Source: Macrostomum lignano (lineage: Eukaryota). Taken from it: 64,000 nt of DNA. How positions within the stretch are numbered: the stretch's first letter is position 1; each line of letters begins with the position of its first letter. Below the pieces are notes generated by a model. The model was not told the DNA's origin, searched no databases, and worked only from the letters and a program-made list of their open reading frames with translations. Shown here piece by piece: positions 11,401 to 25,949 of this stretch. Position numbers and translations under genes: made by a program. The stretch lies in the NCBI GenBank assembly GCA_002269645.1, contig NIVC01000566.1, forward strand, positions 186,001 through 250,000, read 5' to 3'.

Positions 11401-14400
11401 GCATAGCAGAAGCAGAAGTGCGCCTGACCCACTGATTAAAGGTAACCACAGGTGTAAAAGCCAACTCACTACGATCACGCTGTGTACAGCATGTTGGGTG
11501 TTGGCGCTGTGGGGTCTCATATCTCATCCTGTGTCTGGCGATGGGGCGCTTCACAATCTTGATCGAACCTTCACAAGCTCGAACCTTCACAAGCTCGAAC
11601 CTTCACAAGCTCGAACCTTCACAAGCTCGAACCTTCACAAGCTCGAACCTTCACAAGCTCGAACCTTCACAAGCTCGAACCTTCACAAGCTCGAACCTTC
11701 ACAAGCTCGAACCTTCACAAGCTCGAACCTTCACAAGCTCGAACCTTCACAAGCTCGAACCTTCACAAGCTCGAACCTTCACAAGCTCGAACCTTCACAA
11801 GCTCGAACCTTCACAAGCTCGAACCTTCACAAGCTCGAACCTTCACAAGCTCGAACCTTCACAAGCTCGAACCTTCACAAGCTCGAACCTTCACAAGCTC
11901 GAACCTTCACAAGCTCGAACCTTCACAAGCTCGAACCTTCACAAGCTCGAACCTTCACAAGCTCGAACCTTCACAAGCTCGAACCTTCACAAGCTCGAAC
12001 CTTCACAAGCTCGAACCTTCACAAGCTCGAACCTTCACAAGCTCGAACCTTCACAAGCTCGAACCTTCACAAGCTCGAACCTTCACAAGCTCGAACCTTC
12101 ACAAGCTCGAACCTTCACAAGCTCGAACCTTCACAAGCTCGAACCTTCACAAGCTCGAACCTTCACAAGCTCGAACCTTCACAAGCTCGAACCTTCACAA
12201 GCTCGAACCTTCACAAGCTCGAACCTTCACAAGCTCGAACCTTCACAAGCTCGAACCTTCACAAGCTCGAACCTTCACAAGCTCGAACCTTCACAAGCTC
12301 GAACCTTCACAAGCTCGAACCTTCACAAGCTCGAACCTTCACAAGCTCGAACCTTCACAAGCTCGAACCTTCACAAGCTCGAACCTTCACAAGCTCGAAC
12401 CTTCACAAGCTCGAACCTTCACAAGCTCGAACCTTCACAAGCTCGAACCTTCACAAGCTCGAACCTTCACAAGCTCGAACCTTCACAAGCTCGAACCTTC
12501 ACAAGCTCGAACCTTCACAAGCTCGAACCTTCACAAGCTCGAACCTTCACAAGCTCGAACCTTCACAAGCTCGAACCTTCACAAGCTCGAACCTTCACAA
12601 GCTCGAACCTTCACAAGCTCGAACCTTCACAAGCTCGAACCTTCACAAGCTCGAACCTTCACAAGCTCGAACCTTCACAAGCTCGAACCTTCACAAGCTC
12701 GAACCTTCACAAGCTCGAACCTTCACAAGCTCGAACCTTCACAAGCTCGAACCTTCACAAGCTCGAACCTTCACAAGCTCGAACCTTCACAAGCTCGAAC
12801 CTTCACAAGCTCGAACCTTCACAAGCTCGAACCTTCACAAGCTCGAACCTTCACAAGCTCGAACCTTCACAAGCTCGAACCTTCACAAGCTCGAACCTTC
12901 ACAAGCTCGAACCTTCACAAGCTCGAACCTTCACAAGCTCGAACCTTCACAAGCTCGAACCTTCACAAGCTCGAACCTTCACAAGCTCGAACCTTCACAA
13001 GCTCGAACCTTCACAAGCTCGAACCTTCACAAGCTCGAACCTTCACAAGCTCGAACCTTCACAAGCTCGAACCTTCACAAGCTCGAACCTTCACAAGCTC
13101 GAACCTTCACAAGCTCGAACCTTCACAAGCTCGAACCTTCACAAGCTCGAACCTTCACAAGCTCGAACCTTCACAAGCTCGAACCTTCACAAGCTCGAAC
13201 CTTCACAAGCTCGAACCTTCACAAGCTCGAACCTTCACAAGCTCGAACCTTCACAAGCTCGAACCTTCACAAGCTCGAACCTTCACAAGCTCGAACCTTC
13301 ACAAGCTCGAACCTTCACAAGCTCGAACCTTCACAAGCTCGAACCTTCACAAGCTCGAACCTTCACAAGCTCGAACCTTCACAAGCTCGAACCTTCACAA
13401 GCTCGAACCTTCACAAGCTCGAACCTTCACAAGCTCGAACCTTCACAAGCTCGAACCTTCACAAGCTCGAACCTTCACAAGCTCGAACCTTCACAAGCTC
13501 GAACCTTCACAAGCTCGAACCTTCACAAGCTTAAACCCCACTCCACAACGAGCAGGTTCGGCTCGCTGGTCATCGACACGGATCAAACGGACGACGAGGA
13601 GCAGTTCTGCTTCGATTTCCTAGAATATTATCACGTGACCTGCCTGGTGTGCTCGCACTGCGGGCGCCAGGTGACGGAGCGCGATCAGAAGTGCTGGCTG
13701 GGCGGCGGCGGCGGCGACGGCGGTGGCGGCGGTGGCGGCCAGTCGTCTCAGCTGAACTCCTCGTGCGAGGCTGGCGGGCCTCCGGGTGCCTCGCTGCTGT
13801 GCCCCGGCTGCGCGCACCGCCTGAGCCACTGCCACGGCTGCGGCATGCGGATCACCTCTGACTCCTGGGTGCACAAGCTCAACTCGCTGCCGTTCCACCT
13901 CAGCTGCTTCACCTGCACGGCGTGCCAGCGGCAGCTCAGCCAGGGCGAGGAGTGCGCCATGCTGGAGGACAAGCTGCTGTGCAAGATGCACTACCTGGAG
14001 ACCGTGACTGGCAGCTCTGGGGATGGTGAGTGGCTGCCTTGTTCTGCCTGACCCACAGCCTATGGTGCTGAATTCATCTGAGTATCATCTGGGTTGCATC
14101 TTAGTAGCATCTGAGTAAGCATCTGGGTAGCATTTGAGTAACACCTGAGTAGCATCTGAGTAGCATTTGAGTAGCATCTGAGTATCATTTGAGTAGCACT
14201 TGAGTAGCATCTGAGTATCATTTGAGTAGCACTTGAGTAGCATCTGAGTAGCATCTGAGTAGCATCTGAGTAGTACTTGAGTAGCATCTGAGTAGCATCT
14301 GAGTAGCATTTGAGTAGCATCTGAGTAGCTCTTGAGTAGCATCTAAGTAGCACTTTAGCAGAATCTGAGTAGCATCTGAGTAGCACTTAAGTAGCATCTG

Positions 14401-17400
14401 AGTATCACTTAAGTAGCATCTGAGTAGCATCTAAGTAGCACTTAAGCAGAATCTGAGCAGCACTTGAGCAGAATCGAAGTAGCATCTAAGTAGCACTTTA
14501 GCAGAAGCTGAGTAGCCTCTGAGTAGCACTTAAGTAGCCTCTGAGTAGCACTTAAGTAGCATCTGAGTAGCATCTAAGTAGCACTTAAGCAAAATCTGAG
14601 TAGCATCTGAGTAGCATCTGAGTAGCATCTGAGTCACATGTGAGCAACAAACTCGCATCTGATCCAACTATCTATTGTGTAAGTATTGGAGTTAATGAAA
14701 ATGGCGATGTCTCAGATTTACGCTTGACTTTCACGCCGTCAATATTTTAATAGTTACTGAGCACTTGAACCACCTCAGCAATGCTTGGCTAATTAGCGCC
14801 TGCAGGCGGTGGGGTGGTTAATCCTGAGCTCAATAGACAGTAATAGTTATCGAAATAGCGAAATCCCCAAAGACGCCGCCGCAATGGGAGGCAACAGAAG
14901 GTGCTAAAATCCCAACAGGGGGTCATCGGCGTCCTTGGGGATGAATCACATATAGTCGTATTTATATAATAGTATGCAAAAGATTCCACGCAACCGCACA
15001 GCGAAGAACTCATATTGCTCACTCGCTTCTGTTGGACCCCCGGGGTCCGTCAGCGGAGCTCGGGCTGGTTAAGAACGCAAATTGGCCCCCACTGACCCCC
15101 GCTGCGGGGGGTCCGGCAGCTCTCACTGTCCCCCGCCCGCCCATTTCATCCCCGACCTTGGAATTCATCGCTACAATTAGGGGCGAGAAGGATAAAGGAG
15201 GCCTGGTGGAAGCCGAGACTCGAGGGGAAGGAGATCCCCGGCACATCCGGTGCAGTGGCCGCTGGCTAATAGGCAGCCCCAATTGGCCCCGTGGCTGCAC
15301 AAGAAGCGAGTCTCTTCTGTCATTTGAAAAAGCAGAGAGCAGCAGCGCTCTGTCATTTCGCCGCTTCCTGATCTGCGATTTTTTAACATCGCTTTCTTCA
15401 TCTCTCTCTTGAAATCTGCGATCTCAAATCCCTAAATTATTCGACTACACAAGCTGGGCGGAGTCGGGTGGAGGGGGGGGGGCGCCAGTCCTGAGGGAGA
15501 GACTCTCTTGAGCAGCGAAATGCCCAAATTACGGCTGCAGTCACTCGCGGCAGAGAAAAATTTGTGTTTGTCTTCTTCGCCCTGCCCGGCACGGCGGCTC
15601 CTCATCGACCTGGTGAAGAAGTTCGACCGGGCGCCAAAACTCCAGTCTGCCCGCCTGTCTCTGGGGGATTCGGGCCGAGTGTGGGGGGGGGGGTTGCAGA
15701 AGTGGCTCGGGGCGGAGTTCAAATCCTCAAATTCGGGGGTTGGTGATGAGTGAGTGGCTGCTCAAGTGGCTGTTTGGGCGCGATTTATGGCCGAGTCGTC
15801 AGTCAGTGCGTAATGTCTCGACTTTGTTTGCGATTTGCTGCCTGCGCTTAGGGTGGGTGGGGGGAGTACTGAATATGGAATGAGTAGTATACTGAGAAGT
15901 AGCCTAAAAGTCGACTGAGAAGTTGACAAAGAAGTAGACGGAGAAGTAGACTGAGAAGTAGACTGAAAAGTTGAATAAGAAGTAGACAAGGAAGTAGTCT
16001 GAGAAATTGACTAAAAGTATACTGAGAAGTAGACTAAAAAAGACTTAAAAGTAGACAGAGGTAGACTGAAGTAGTAGACTTAGAAGTAGACTGAAAAGTA
16101 GACTAAGAATCTTACTGAGAAGTAGACTAAGAATCTTACTGAGAAGTAGACTAAGAATCTTACTGAGAAGTAGACTTGAGAAGTAGACTAAGAATCTTAC
16201 TGAGAAGTAGACTAAGAATCTTACTGTGAAGTAGACTAAGAATCTTACTGAGAAGTAGACTAAGAATCTTACTGAGAAGTAGACTAAGAATCTTACTGAG
16301 AAGTAGACTAAGAATCTTACTGAGAAGTAGACTAAGAATCTTACTGAGAAGTAGACTAAGAATCTTACTGAGAAGTAGACTAAGAATCTTACTGAAAAGT
16401 AGACTAAGAATCTTACTGAAAAGTAGACTAAGAATCTTACTGAGAAGTAGACTAATAATCTTACTGAGAAGTAGACTAAGAATCTTACTGAGAAGTAAAA
16501 GTAAAAATATATTTAATGGATAAAAGTTAAATAATCGCGAAGCATCTGGCCGTGGCTCTCAATTTATCCCGAGACCAATCGCTCGAACAGTCAAACCCGG
16601 TCACGCGGCATTTTGAGCAGGCTGCCGAAAGCAGAGCTCACAGCCCCAGACCCCCCCCCCCTCTGGCTAATGCAGTTATGCCCCAGCCCGCAGCTGAAAT
16701 CAAATTTCAGCCGGCCAGGATACCAGGGAATCTCTGCGTATCAATGAGAGAGAGGGAAAGGGAGGGACAGCAGAGACCAGCGGACCGAACACGGGGCCTC
16801 TTGAACTGAATTTGTCAGGCGGCTGAATTCACTTAGCGGACACTGCGAGGTCGAATCAAAGTAAAAAGGCGGAACATGCTGCCTCTCTCGCCTCAGCCTC
16901 CTCCGTCATCCTCTGGGGACGCTTGAGTAGCCAAGAGTTTCTGGAACAAAGCGGGAAGCTGCGCCTTCCCCTGGGGGATTCGAATGCATTGGATTGTATT
17001 GAAGGCCTCTATAAACAATTCTTTTTATTGGTCATCCAATTAGTTAACCAAATTTTGCCCTTAATAGCGAGCGGCAAAAACCGCTCGCCTCGCCTTCACA
17101 AGAGGGGCTGCTGAAATGGTGAAATATGCTGTTTCACAACAGGACTCGGGACTTTTCTTCCGCAAAAATTGCTGCATACAAACCTGATCTCACCCACCCA
17201 GGTCTAGTCTCTACCACCCAGGTCTAGTCTCACCCTCCAGGTCTAATCTTACCCTCCAGGTCTAATCTCACCCACCCAGGTCTAGTCTCACCCTCTCAGG
17301 TCTAATCTCACCCTCCCAGGTCTAATCTCACCCTCCCAGGTATGATATCATCTCCCAAGTTTAATCTAACCCTTCAAAAATCCAGCTTTAACTCCATAGA

Positions 17401-18268
17401 TCTCTCCATAGATATAGTCTCACCGTCCACAATACAATCTCATGACTAGAAATCTAATCTTACAATACCCAGGTCTAATCTCACCTACTAAAATTCAGTG
17501 TAATTACCTCTTCAACTCTAGGCTTATTCTTTCCGAATTTTCCTGGCCCTTCCAATTTTTATCTCCTCCCTCCTAAATCTCACCCCTAGGCATACAATCT
17601 CACCCCTAGGCATACAATCTCACCCATAAGCATACAATCTCACCCCTAAGCATACAATCTCACCCCTAAGCATACAATCTCACCCATAAACATACAATCT
17701 CACTCATAAGCATACAATCTCACCCACAAGCATACAATCTCACCCACAAGCATACAATCTCACCCACAAGCATACAATCTCACCCACAAGCATACAATCT
17801 CCCCCTCCCCGAAATCAAATCTCAGGCTACGACGGCTCTGGCCGGCAGAAGTCGAAGCGGGTCCGCACCAGTTTCACGCCCGAGCAGCTGCACATCCTGC
17901 AGACGCACTTCGACCTCGACCACAACCCCGACGGCGCCGACCTGGAGAAGATCGCGCAGCGGGCCCAGCTGAACAAGCGCGTCACGCAGGTGTGGTTCCA
18001 GAACGCCCGGGCGCGCAAGAAGAAGACGGAGCGCACCGGGTCTGCCGAACCCGGCGCTCCGACATTGGCGCCGAGGCGGCCGGATCAGCTCGACGATTCG
18101 TCGCTCCCGGAGTCGCTGCCGCCGCCGCCGGCCGTTCTGGTGGATTCTTCGCCGCTGCTGCAGTGCGGAGGCCGCCTGCCGCAGGCGTTCTTCGTTGCCT
18201 CGACGTCAGTCGCCGCTGAAGCAGCGGCCGCCGGCGACCGGCTGCAGTCGGGGGGCCTGGCGGTTTGA
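8478..18268 (+). CDS. Lhx6/8: LIM-homeodomain transcription factor, Arrowhead/Lhx6/8 class, ~423 aa. Exons 8478-8747, 11233-11321, 13556-14025, 17826-18268
   Basis: LIM2 CHGCGMRITSDSWVHKLNSLPFHLSCFTCTACQRQLSQGEECAMLEDKLLCKMHY and homeodomain KSKRVRTSFTPEQLHILQTHFDLDHNPDGADLEKIAQRAQLNKRVTQVWFQNARARKKK match Awh/Lhx6/8. LIM1 starts with CSACGLPIVD in exon 2. Phases 0/2/1 join to 1272 nt. Exon 1 and the start codon are less certain. Confidence 0.88.
8810..10025. repeat. 20-22-bp minisatellite in Lhx6/8 intron 1
   Basis: CTGACACCCAAAGCAGAGGC perfect to ~9200, drifting to CTGACACCCAGGGTTAGAGACC. Confidence 0.95.
10845..11205. repeat. Degenerate C/A-rich repeat ending near the exon 2 acceptor
   Basis: CAATCTACACTCTACCC-type units. 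Confidence 0.85.
11563..13531. repeat. Perfect 16-bp minisatellite, ~123 copies, in Lhx6/8 intron 2
   Basis: GAACCTTCACAAGCTC with no visible variant; ends ~25 nt before the acceptor at 13555. Confidence 0.97.
14075..14635. repeat. 10-bp repeat in Lhx6/8 intron 3
   Basis: CTGAGTAGCA(T/C)-type units. Confidence 0.9.
15880..16495. repeat. 24-bp minisatellite (~16 copies from ~16090) with a degenerate lead-in
   Basis: GAAGTAGACTAAGAATCTTACTGA. Confidence 0.9.
17190..17800. repeat. Two related 20-bp arrays before Lhx6/8 exon 4
   Basis: GGTCTAATCTCACCCTCCCA (~17190-17345) and GCATACAATCTCACCC(A/C)(C/T)AA (~17580-17800). Confidence 0.85.
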
Positions 18269-18645
18269 AGACTTTTTCTTCAACAAAGATATCCCCTTCA
18301 ACTACTGTCCTGAGCGCGTCTAGAAGTAGTATAGTATGGCTTCGAAGAGAGTTTTTTATATCATGCTTCTAAAAGGGTAATCTTCGTTTATATGATTATT
18401 GCACCATAGTTACCGCAGTAATTGAACTTTGTTCTGTTATCTTTAGTTGTTTAAACTCTGTGCACTATTAATATAATAGCAGCTTATTGCGGACCAGTGT
18501 TGTAAATCTGGCAGTTGGTGTTGTGTGCCGTTGGAATCAATAAATATATGATTATGAAACTGAGTCAGTTGACAAAGTCTGCACTGATGGTGATTCAGCC
18601 AAAGTGCTTACAAACATGAAGTTTCTTTACGAGAACCATTTTTCG

Positions 18646-19438
18646 AAGCGGAAGCGGGAGCGGGAGCGGAAGCGGGAGCGGAAGCGGGAGCGGAAGCGGG
18701 AGCGGAAGCGGGAGCGGAAGCGGGAGCGGAAGCGGGAGCGGAAGCGGGAGCGGAAGCGGGAGCGGAAGCGGGAGCGGAAGCGGGAGCGGAAGCGGGAGCG
18801 GAAGCGGGAGCGGAAGCGGGAGCGGAAGCGGGAGCGGAAGCGGGAGCGGAAGCGGGAGCGGAAGCGGGAGCGGAAGCGGGAGCGGAAGCGGGAGCGGAAG
18901 CGGGAGCGGAAGCGGGAGCGGAAGCGGGAGCGGAAGCGGGAGCGGAAGCGGGAGCGGAAGCGGGAGCGGAAGCGGGAGCGGAAGCGGGAGCGGAAGCGGG
19001 AGCGGAAGCGGGAGCGGAAGCGGGAGCGGAAGCGGGAGCGGAAGCGGGAGCGGAAGCGGGAGCGGAAGCGGGAGCGGAAGCGGGAGCGGAAGCGGGAGCG
19101 GAAGCGGGAGCGGAAGCGGGAGCGGAAGCGGGAGCGGAAGCGGGAGCGGAAGCGGGAGCGGAAGCGGGAGCGGAAGCGGGAGCGGAAGCGGGAGCGGAAG
19201 CGGGAGCGGAAGCGGGAGCGGAAGCGGGAGCGGAAGCGGGAGCGGAAGCGGGAGCGGAAGCGGGAGCGGAAGCGGGAGCGGAAGCGGGAGCGGAAGCGGG
19301 AGCGGAAGCGGGAGCGGAAGCGGGAGCGGAAGCGGGAGCGGAAGCGGGAGCGGAAGCGGGAGCGGAAGCGGGAGCGGAAGCGGGAGCGGAAGCGGGAGCG
19401 GGAGCGGAAGCGGGAGCGGAAGCGGGAGCGGAAGCGGG
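18646..19438. repeat. 12-bp G-rich repeat, ~66 copies, between convergent 3' ends
   Basis: GCGGAAGCGGGA, near-perfect. Confidence 0.97.
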
Positions 19439-19637
19439 ATATAAAATAGAGCAGATAAAAAGGATTTAAAAGCTTTTTGCCTCAAGCAGTCAATAGAAAG
19501 GTAAAGTTTTTGGTGGTTAATAATAACCATATTTTAATGCAGTACAGAGGCGAAATCAGATTAAGAAAGAATAAAGTACAATAACAAACTTGGTCCATTA
19601 TGTACTGTCAGATATTTTGCAAGCTGTGGAATTGAGT

Positions 19638-21914
<2,277 letters not shown>

Positions 21915-22009
21915 GTTGACTGCCAACCGGCGGTGTCGTCTGACTGCGGTTTCAATGCCAAATGGTCGGGGAGAAGATTCTGCGGAGAGGGCGGCACAGT
22001 GGAATGGCG

Positions 22010-24312
22010 CTAATCTCAATGAACTGCCGCTAATCTTAATGAACTGCCGCTTATCTTAATGAACTGCCGCTAATCTTAATGAACTGCCGCTAATCTCAAT
22101 GAACTGCCGCTAATCTTAATGAACTGCCGCTAATCTTAATGAACTGCCGCTAATCTTAATGAACTGCCGCTAATCTTAATGAACTGCCGGCTAATCTCAA
22201 TGAACTGCTGCTAATATTAATGAACTACCGGCGAGGCGCCAGACTTATTGAAGAGGCGCCAGACTTAATGGAGAGGCGCCAGACTTAATGGAGAGGCGCC
22301 AGACTTAATGAAGAGGCGCCAGACTTATTGGAGAGGCGCCAGACTTAATGGAGAGGCGCCAGGCTTAATGGAGAGGCGCCAGACTTAATGGAGAGGCGCC
22401 AGGCTTAATGGAGAGGCGCCAGACTTAATGGAGAGGCGCCAGACTTAATGAAGAGGCCCCAGACTTATTGGAGAGGCGCCAGACTTAATGAAGAGGCGCC
22501 AGACTTATTGGAGAGGCGCCAGACTTAATGAAGAGGCGCCAGACTTATTGGAGAGGCGCCAGACTTAATGAAGAGGCGCCAGACTTATTGGAGAGGCGCC
22601 AGACTTAATGGAGAGGCGCCAGACTAAATGGAGAGGCGCCAGACTTAATGAAGAGGCGCCAGACTTAATGAAGAGGCGCCAGACTTATTGGAGAGGCGCC
22701 AGACTTAATGAAGAGGCGCCAGACTTATTGGAGAGGCGCCAGACTTAATGAAGAGGCGCCAGACTTAATGAAGAGGCGCCAGACTTAATGGAGAGGCGCC
22801 AGACTTAATGGAGAGGCGCCATACTTAATGAAGAGGCGCCAGACTTATTGGAGAGGCGCCAGACTTAATGGAGAGGCGCCAGACTTAATGAAGAGGCGCC
22901 AGACTTAATGGAGAGGCGCCAGACTTAATGGAGAGGCGCCAGACTTAATGAAGAGGCGCCAGACTTATTGGAGAGGCGCCAGACTTAATGAAGAGGCGCC
23001 AGACTTATTGCGCTGGAGAGGCGCCAGACTTAATGAAGAGGCGCCAGACTTATTGGAGAGGCGCCAGACTTAATGGAGAGGCGCCAGACTTAATGAAGAG
23101 GCGCCAGACTTATTGAAGAGGCGCCAGACTTAATGGAGAGGCGCCAGACTTAATGAAGAGGCGCCAGACTTATTGGAGAGGCGCCAGACTTAATGAAGAG
23201 GCGCCAGACTTATTGGAGAGGCGCCAGACTTAATGGAGAGACGCCAGACTTAATGGAGAGGCGCCAGACTTAATGGAGAGGCGCCAGACTTAATGGAGAG
23301 GCGCCAGACTTAATGGAGAGGCGCCAGACTTAATGGAGAGGCGCCAGACTTAATGGAGAGGCGCCAGACTTAATGAAGAGGCGCCAAACTTATTGGAGAG
23401 GCGCCAGACTTAATGGAGAGGCGCCAGACTTAATGAAGAGGCGCCAGACTTATTGGAGAGGCGCCAGACTTAATGGAGAGGCGCCAGACTTAATGGAGAG
23501 GCGCCAGACTTAATGGAGAGGCGCCAGACTTAATGGAGAGGCGCCAGACTTAATGGAGAGGCGCTAGACTTATTGGAGAGGCGCCAGACTTAATGAAGAG
23601 GCGCCAGACTTATTGGAGAGGCGCCAGACTTAATGGAGAGGCGCCAGACTTAATGGAGAGGCGCCAGACTTATTGGAGAGGCGCCAGACTTAATGGAGAG
23701 ACGCCAGACTTAATGGAGAGGCGCCAGACTTATTGGAGAGGCGCCAGACTTAATGGAGAGGCGCCAGACTTAATGAAGAGGCGCCAGACTTATTGGAGAG
23801 GCGCCAGACTTAATGGAGAGGCGCCAGACTTAATGGAGAGGCGCCAGACTTAATGGAGAGGCGCCAGACTTAATGGAGAGGCGCCAGACTTAATGGAGAG
23901 GCGCCAGACTTATTGGAGAGGCGCCAGACTTAATGGAGAGGCGCCAGACTTAATGGAGAGACGCCAGACTTAATGGAGAGGCGCCAGACTTAATGGAGAG
24001 GCGCCAGACTTAATGGAGAGGCGCCAGACTTATTGGAGAGGCGCCAGACTTAATGGAGAGGCGCCAGACTTAATGGAGAGGCGCCAGACTTAATGGAGAG
24101 GCGCCAGACTTAATGGAGAGGCGCCAGACTTAATGGAGAGGCGCCAGACTTAATGGAGAGGCGCCAGACTTAATGAAGAGGCGCCAGACTTATTGGAGAG
24201 GCGCCAGACTTATTGGAGAGGCGCCAGACTTAATGAAGAGGCGCCAGACTTAATGGAGAGGCGCCAGACTTAATGAAGAGGCGCCAGACTTAATGAAGAG
24301 GCGCCAGACTTA
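22010..24312. repeat. Compound 20-bp minisatellite upstream of the death-domain gene
   Basis: GAACTGCCGCTAATCTTAAT x~10 (22010-22220), then (G/A)AGAGGCGCCAGACTTA(A/T)TG x~104. Confidence 0.97.
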
Positions 24313-25434
24313 AGAAATGCACACAGCACAGCAGAAGTTGCAGGTTTGAGCTCTTGCTTTTCATTAACAAATTCCTACAGGCAGAAATCGCAGCCCTGTG
24401 TCAGTGGTTAATCCGGAACAGCGGGGATTAACAGATTAAACTGCGAATGCAAAGTTCTGCGAGTGCACGGCCTGACTGGGACGTGTCTGAACTGCATGAT
24501 CTGCCCGCATTGCTGCCGCAGTTCCGGTTCTGCCGTCGCCCACTCGCCCAGCTTGAGTGGCTCGGCAGTTGATCGATTTATTGATAAAAAATCTGCGCTT
24601 AACTGCAGGCACTGAGATCTCCGCACTGTCTTCCCTCCCCTGGCGAGTGCCTTATTCCCTAACCCAAACCCCGACCCCAACCCGGAGGGGGACAAACACA
24701 GCTGTTCAATCTCTCCACCGCGCCGTGCCATGTTTTCTCGACTCAGAAAAAGCCAATTTTTGCCAAAAAAAGAAATTTTTAGTTTAGTGAAACTTCCCCA
24801 AACCCGAGTGTACTTGAGGGAACCGCCCTTGCCCAGCCCCTCAAACTTGTTTTCAAATGCTACGAATAGTCAATAGATTTCTTACCGAACACCACAACTG
24901 TGCTTGGGAACTGCAGAGACGAGGCACAATTGATGCTGGCAGACTACGAGCGGACTGCTTGCAGCATCATCTTCTCTGGATGCTGGAACGGTGTTATAGA
25001 AAGAGAGCGCTAGTGTGCTCAACTACTGCAGAGCAGCAAGGTAGAGAAGGAGAGAGAAGGCTTGGCGCACTGCGCACAATGGGAGCTGAGGTTGGGGTGC
25101 GAGGCATGGCAGCGGAACGGCTCCAAGGCAGCGCACAAAAGAGGGGTTGCGCATTCCGGTGCAATCCGGAGATTTGCTGGGGCTCCTGGGGAGGGCTGGC
25201 GGAGAGAGGCAGAGGGCTGGGCCCTCCAAAAGCAAGACATTTTTGCAGACTTATAAAGGCCGCTCAACACTGCACGGTTCTCGTTCGCCCTCACTATTGA
25301 ATCTACCATCGGCACTCGGAGAGAGCTTTTGAGACTTTAGCAGGTAAACAGACTTTGTTTACTGGTTGTCTAAAAATACACTGTTCATATTTCACATGCA
25401 TTGCTCCGGACAGGGGCTCAGTCAGGAGTTTTAA

Positions 25435-25850
25435 TGGGGCAACGTTGGGGCGCCACTTTAGTTGAGGGGGCGCCATTTTATCTGAGAGGCTCCATTTCAT
25501 TGAGTGGGCGCCATTTCTTTTGAAAGGGGCGCCATTTCATCTGAGGGGCGCCATTTGATTTAAGGCGGCGCCATTTCATCTGAAAGGCGACAATTTATTT
25601 TAGAAGGCGTTTTTTCAGTTGAAGGGGCGCCATTTCAGTTGAAGGGGCGCCATTTCAGTTGAAGGGGCGCCATTTCAGTTGAAGGGGCGCCATTTCATTT
25701 GAAGGGGCGCCATTTCAGTTGAAGGGGCGCCATTTCAGTTGAAGGGGCGCCATTTCAGTTGAAGGGGCGCCATTTCAGTTGAAGGGGCGCCATTTCAGTT
25801 GAAGGGGCGCCATTTCATTTGAAGGGGCGCCATTTCAGTTGAAGGGCGCA
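25435..25850. repeat. 20-bp minisatellite upstream of tetraspanin A
   Basis: GTTGAAGGGGCGCCATTTCA; degenerate at the left end, near-perfect from ~25615. Confidence 0.92.
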
Positions 25851-25949
25851 TTTCAGACAGGCAGACACAGGCATGAACACTTGCACCAGCGCTGAGCCAT
25901 TCAAAAACCAACAGACTTTCCCAGCCGAATCGCCAGCACGACAGTCAGC

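Noticed and set aside
11498-13534. 678-aa and 836-aa ORFs with the TFTSSNLHKLEPSQAR repeat
   Set aside because: The 16-bp array is stop-free by chance; only 13556-14025 is a real exon, with a good acceptor and phase match.
18595-19530. Poly-LP and KRER ORFs
   Set aside because: 12-bp satellite; no unique coding flanks.
22230-24312. CRISPR-like appearance of regular arrays (here and at 2546, 31738, 57965)
   Set aside because: Head-to-tail units with no unique spacers, no cas genes, and a eukaryotic context.
24857-25332. 147-aa ORF and overlapping ORFs upstream of tetraspanin A
   Set aside because: No motif recognised, and the codon pattern is unlike the GC3-rich true exons.
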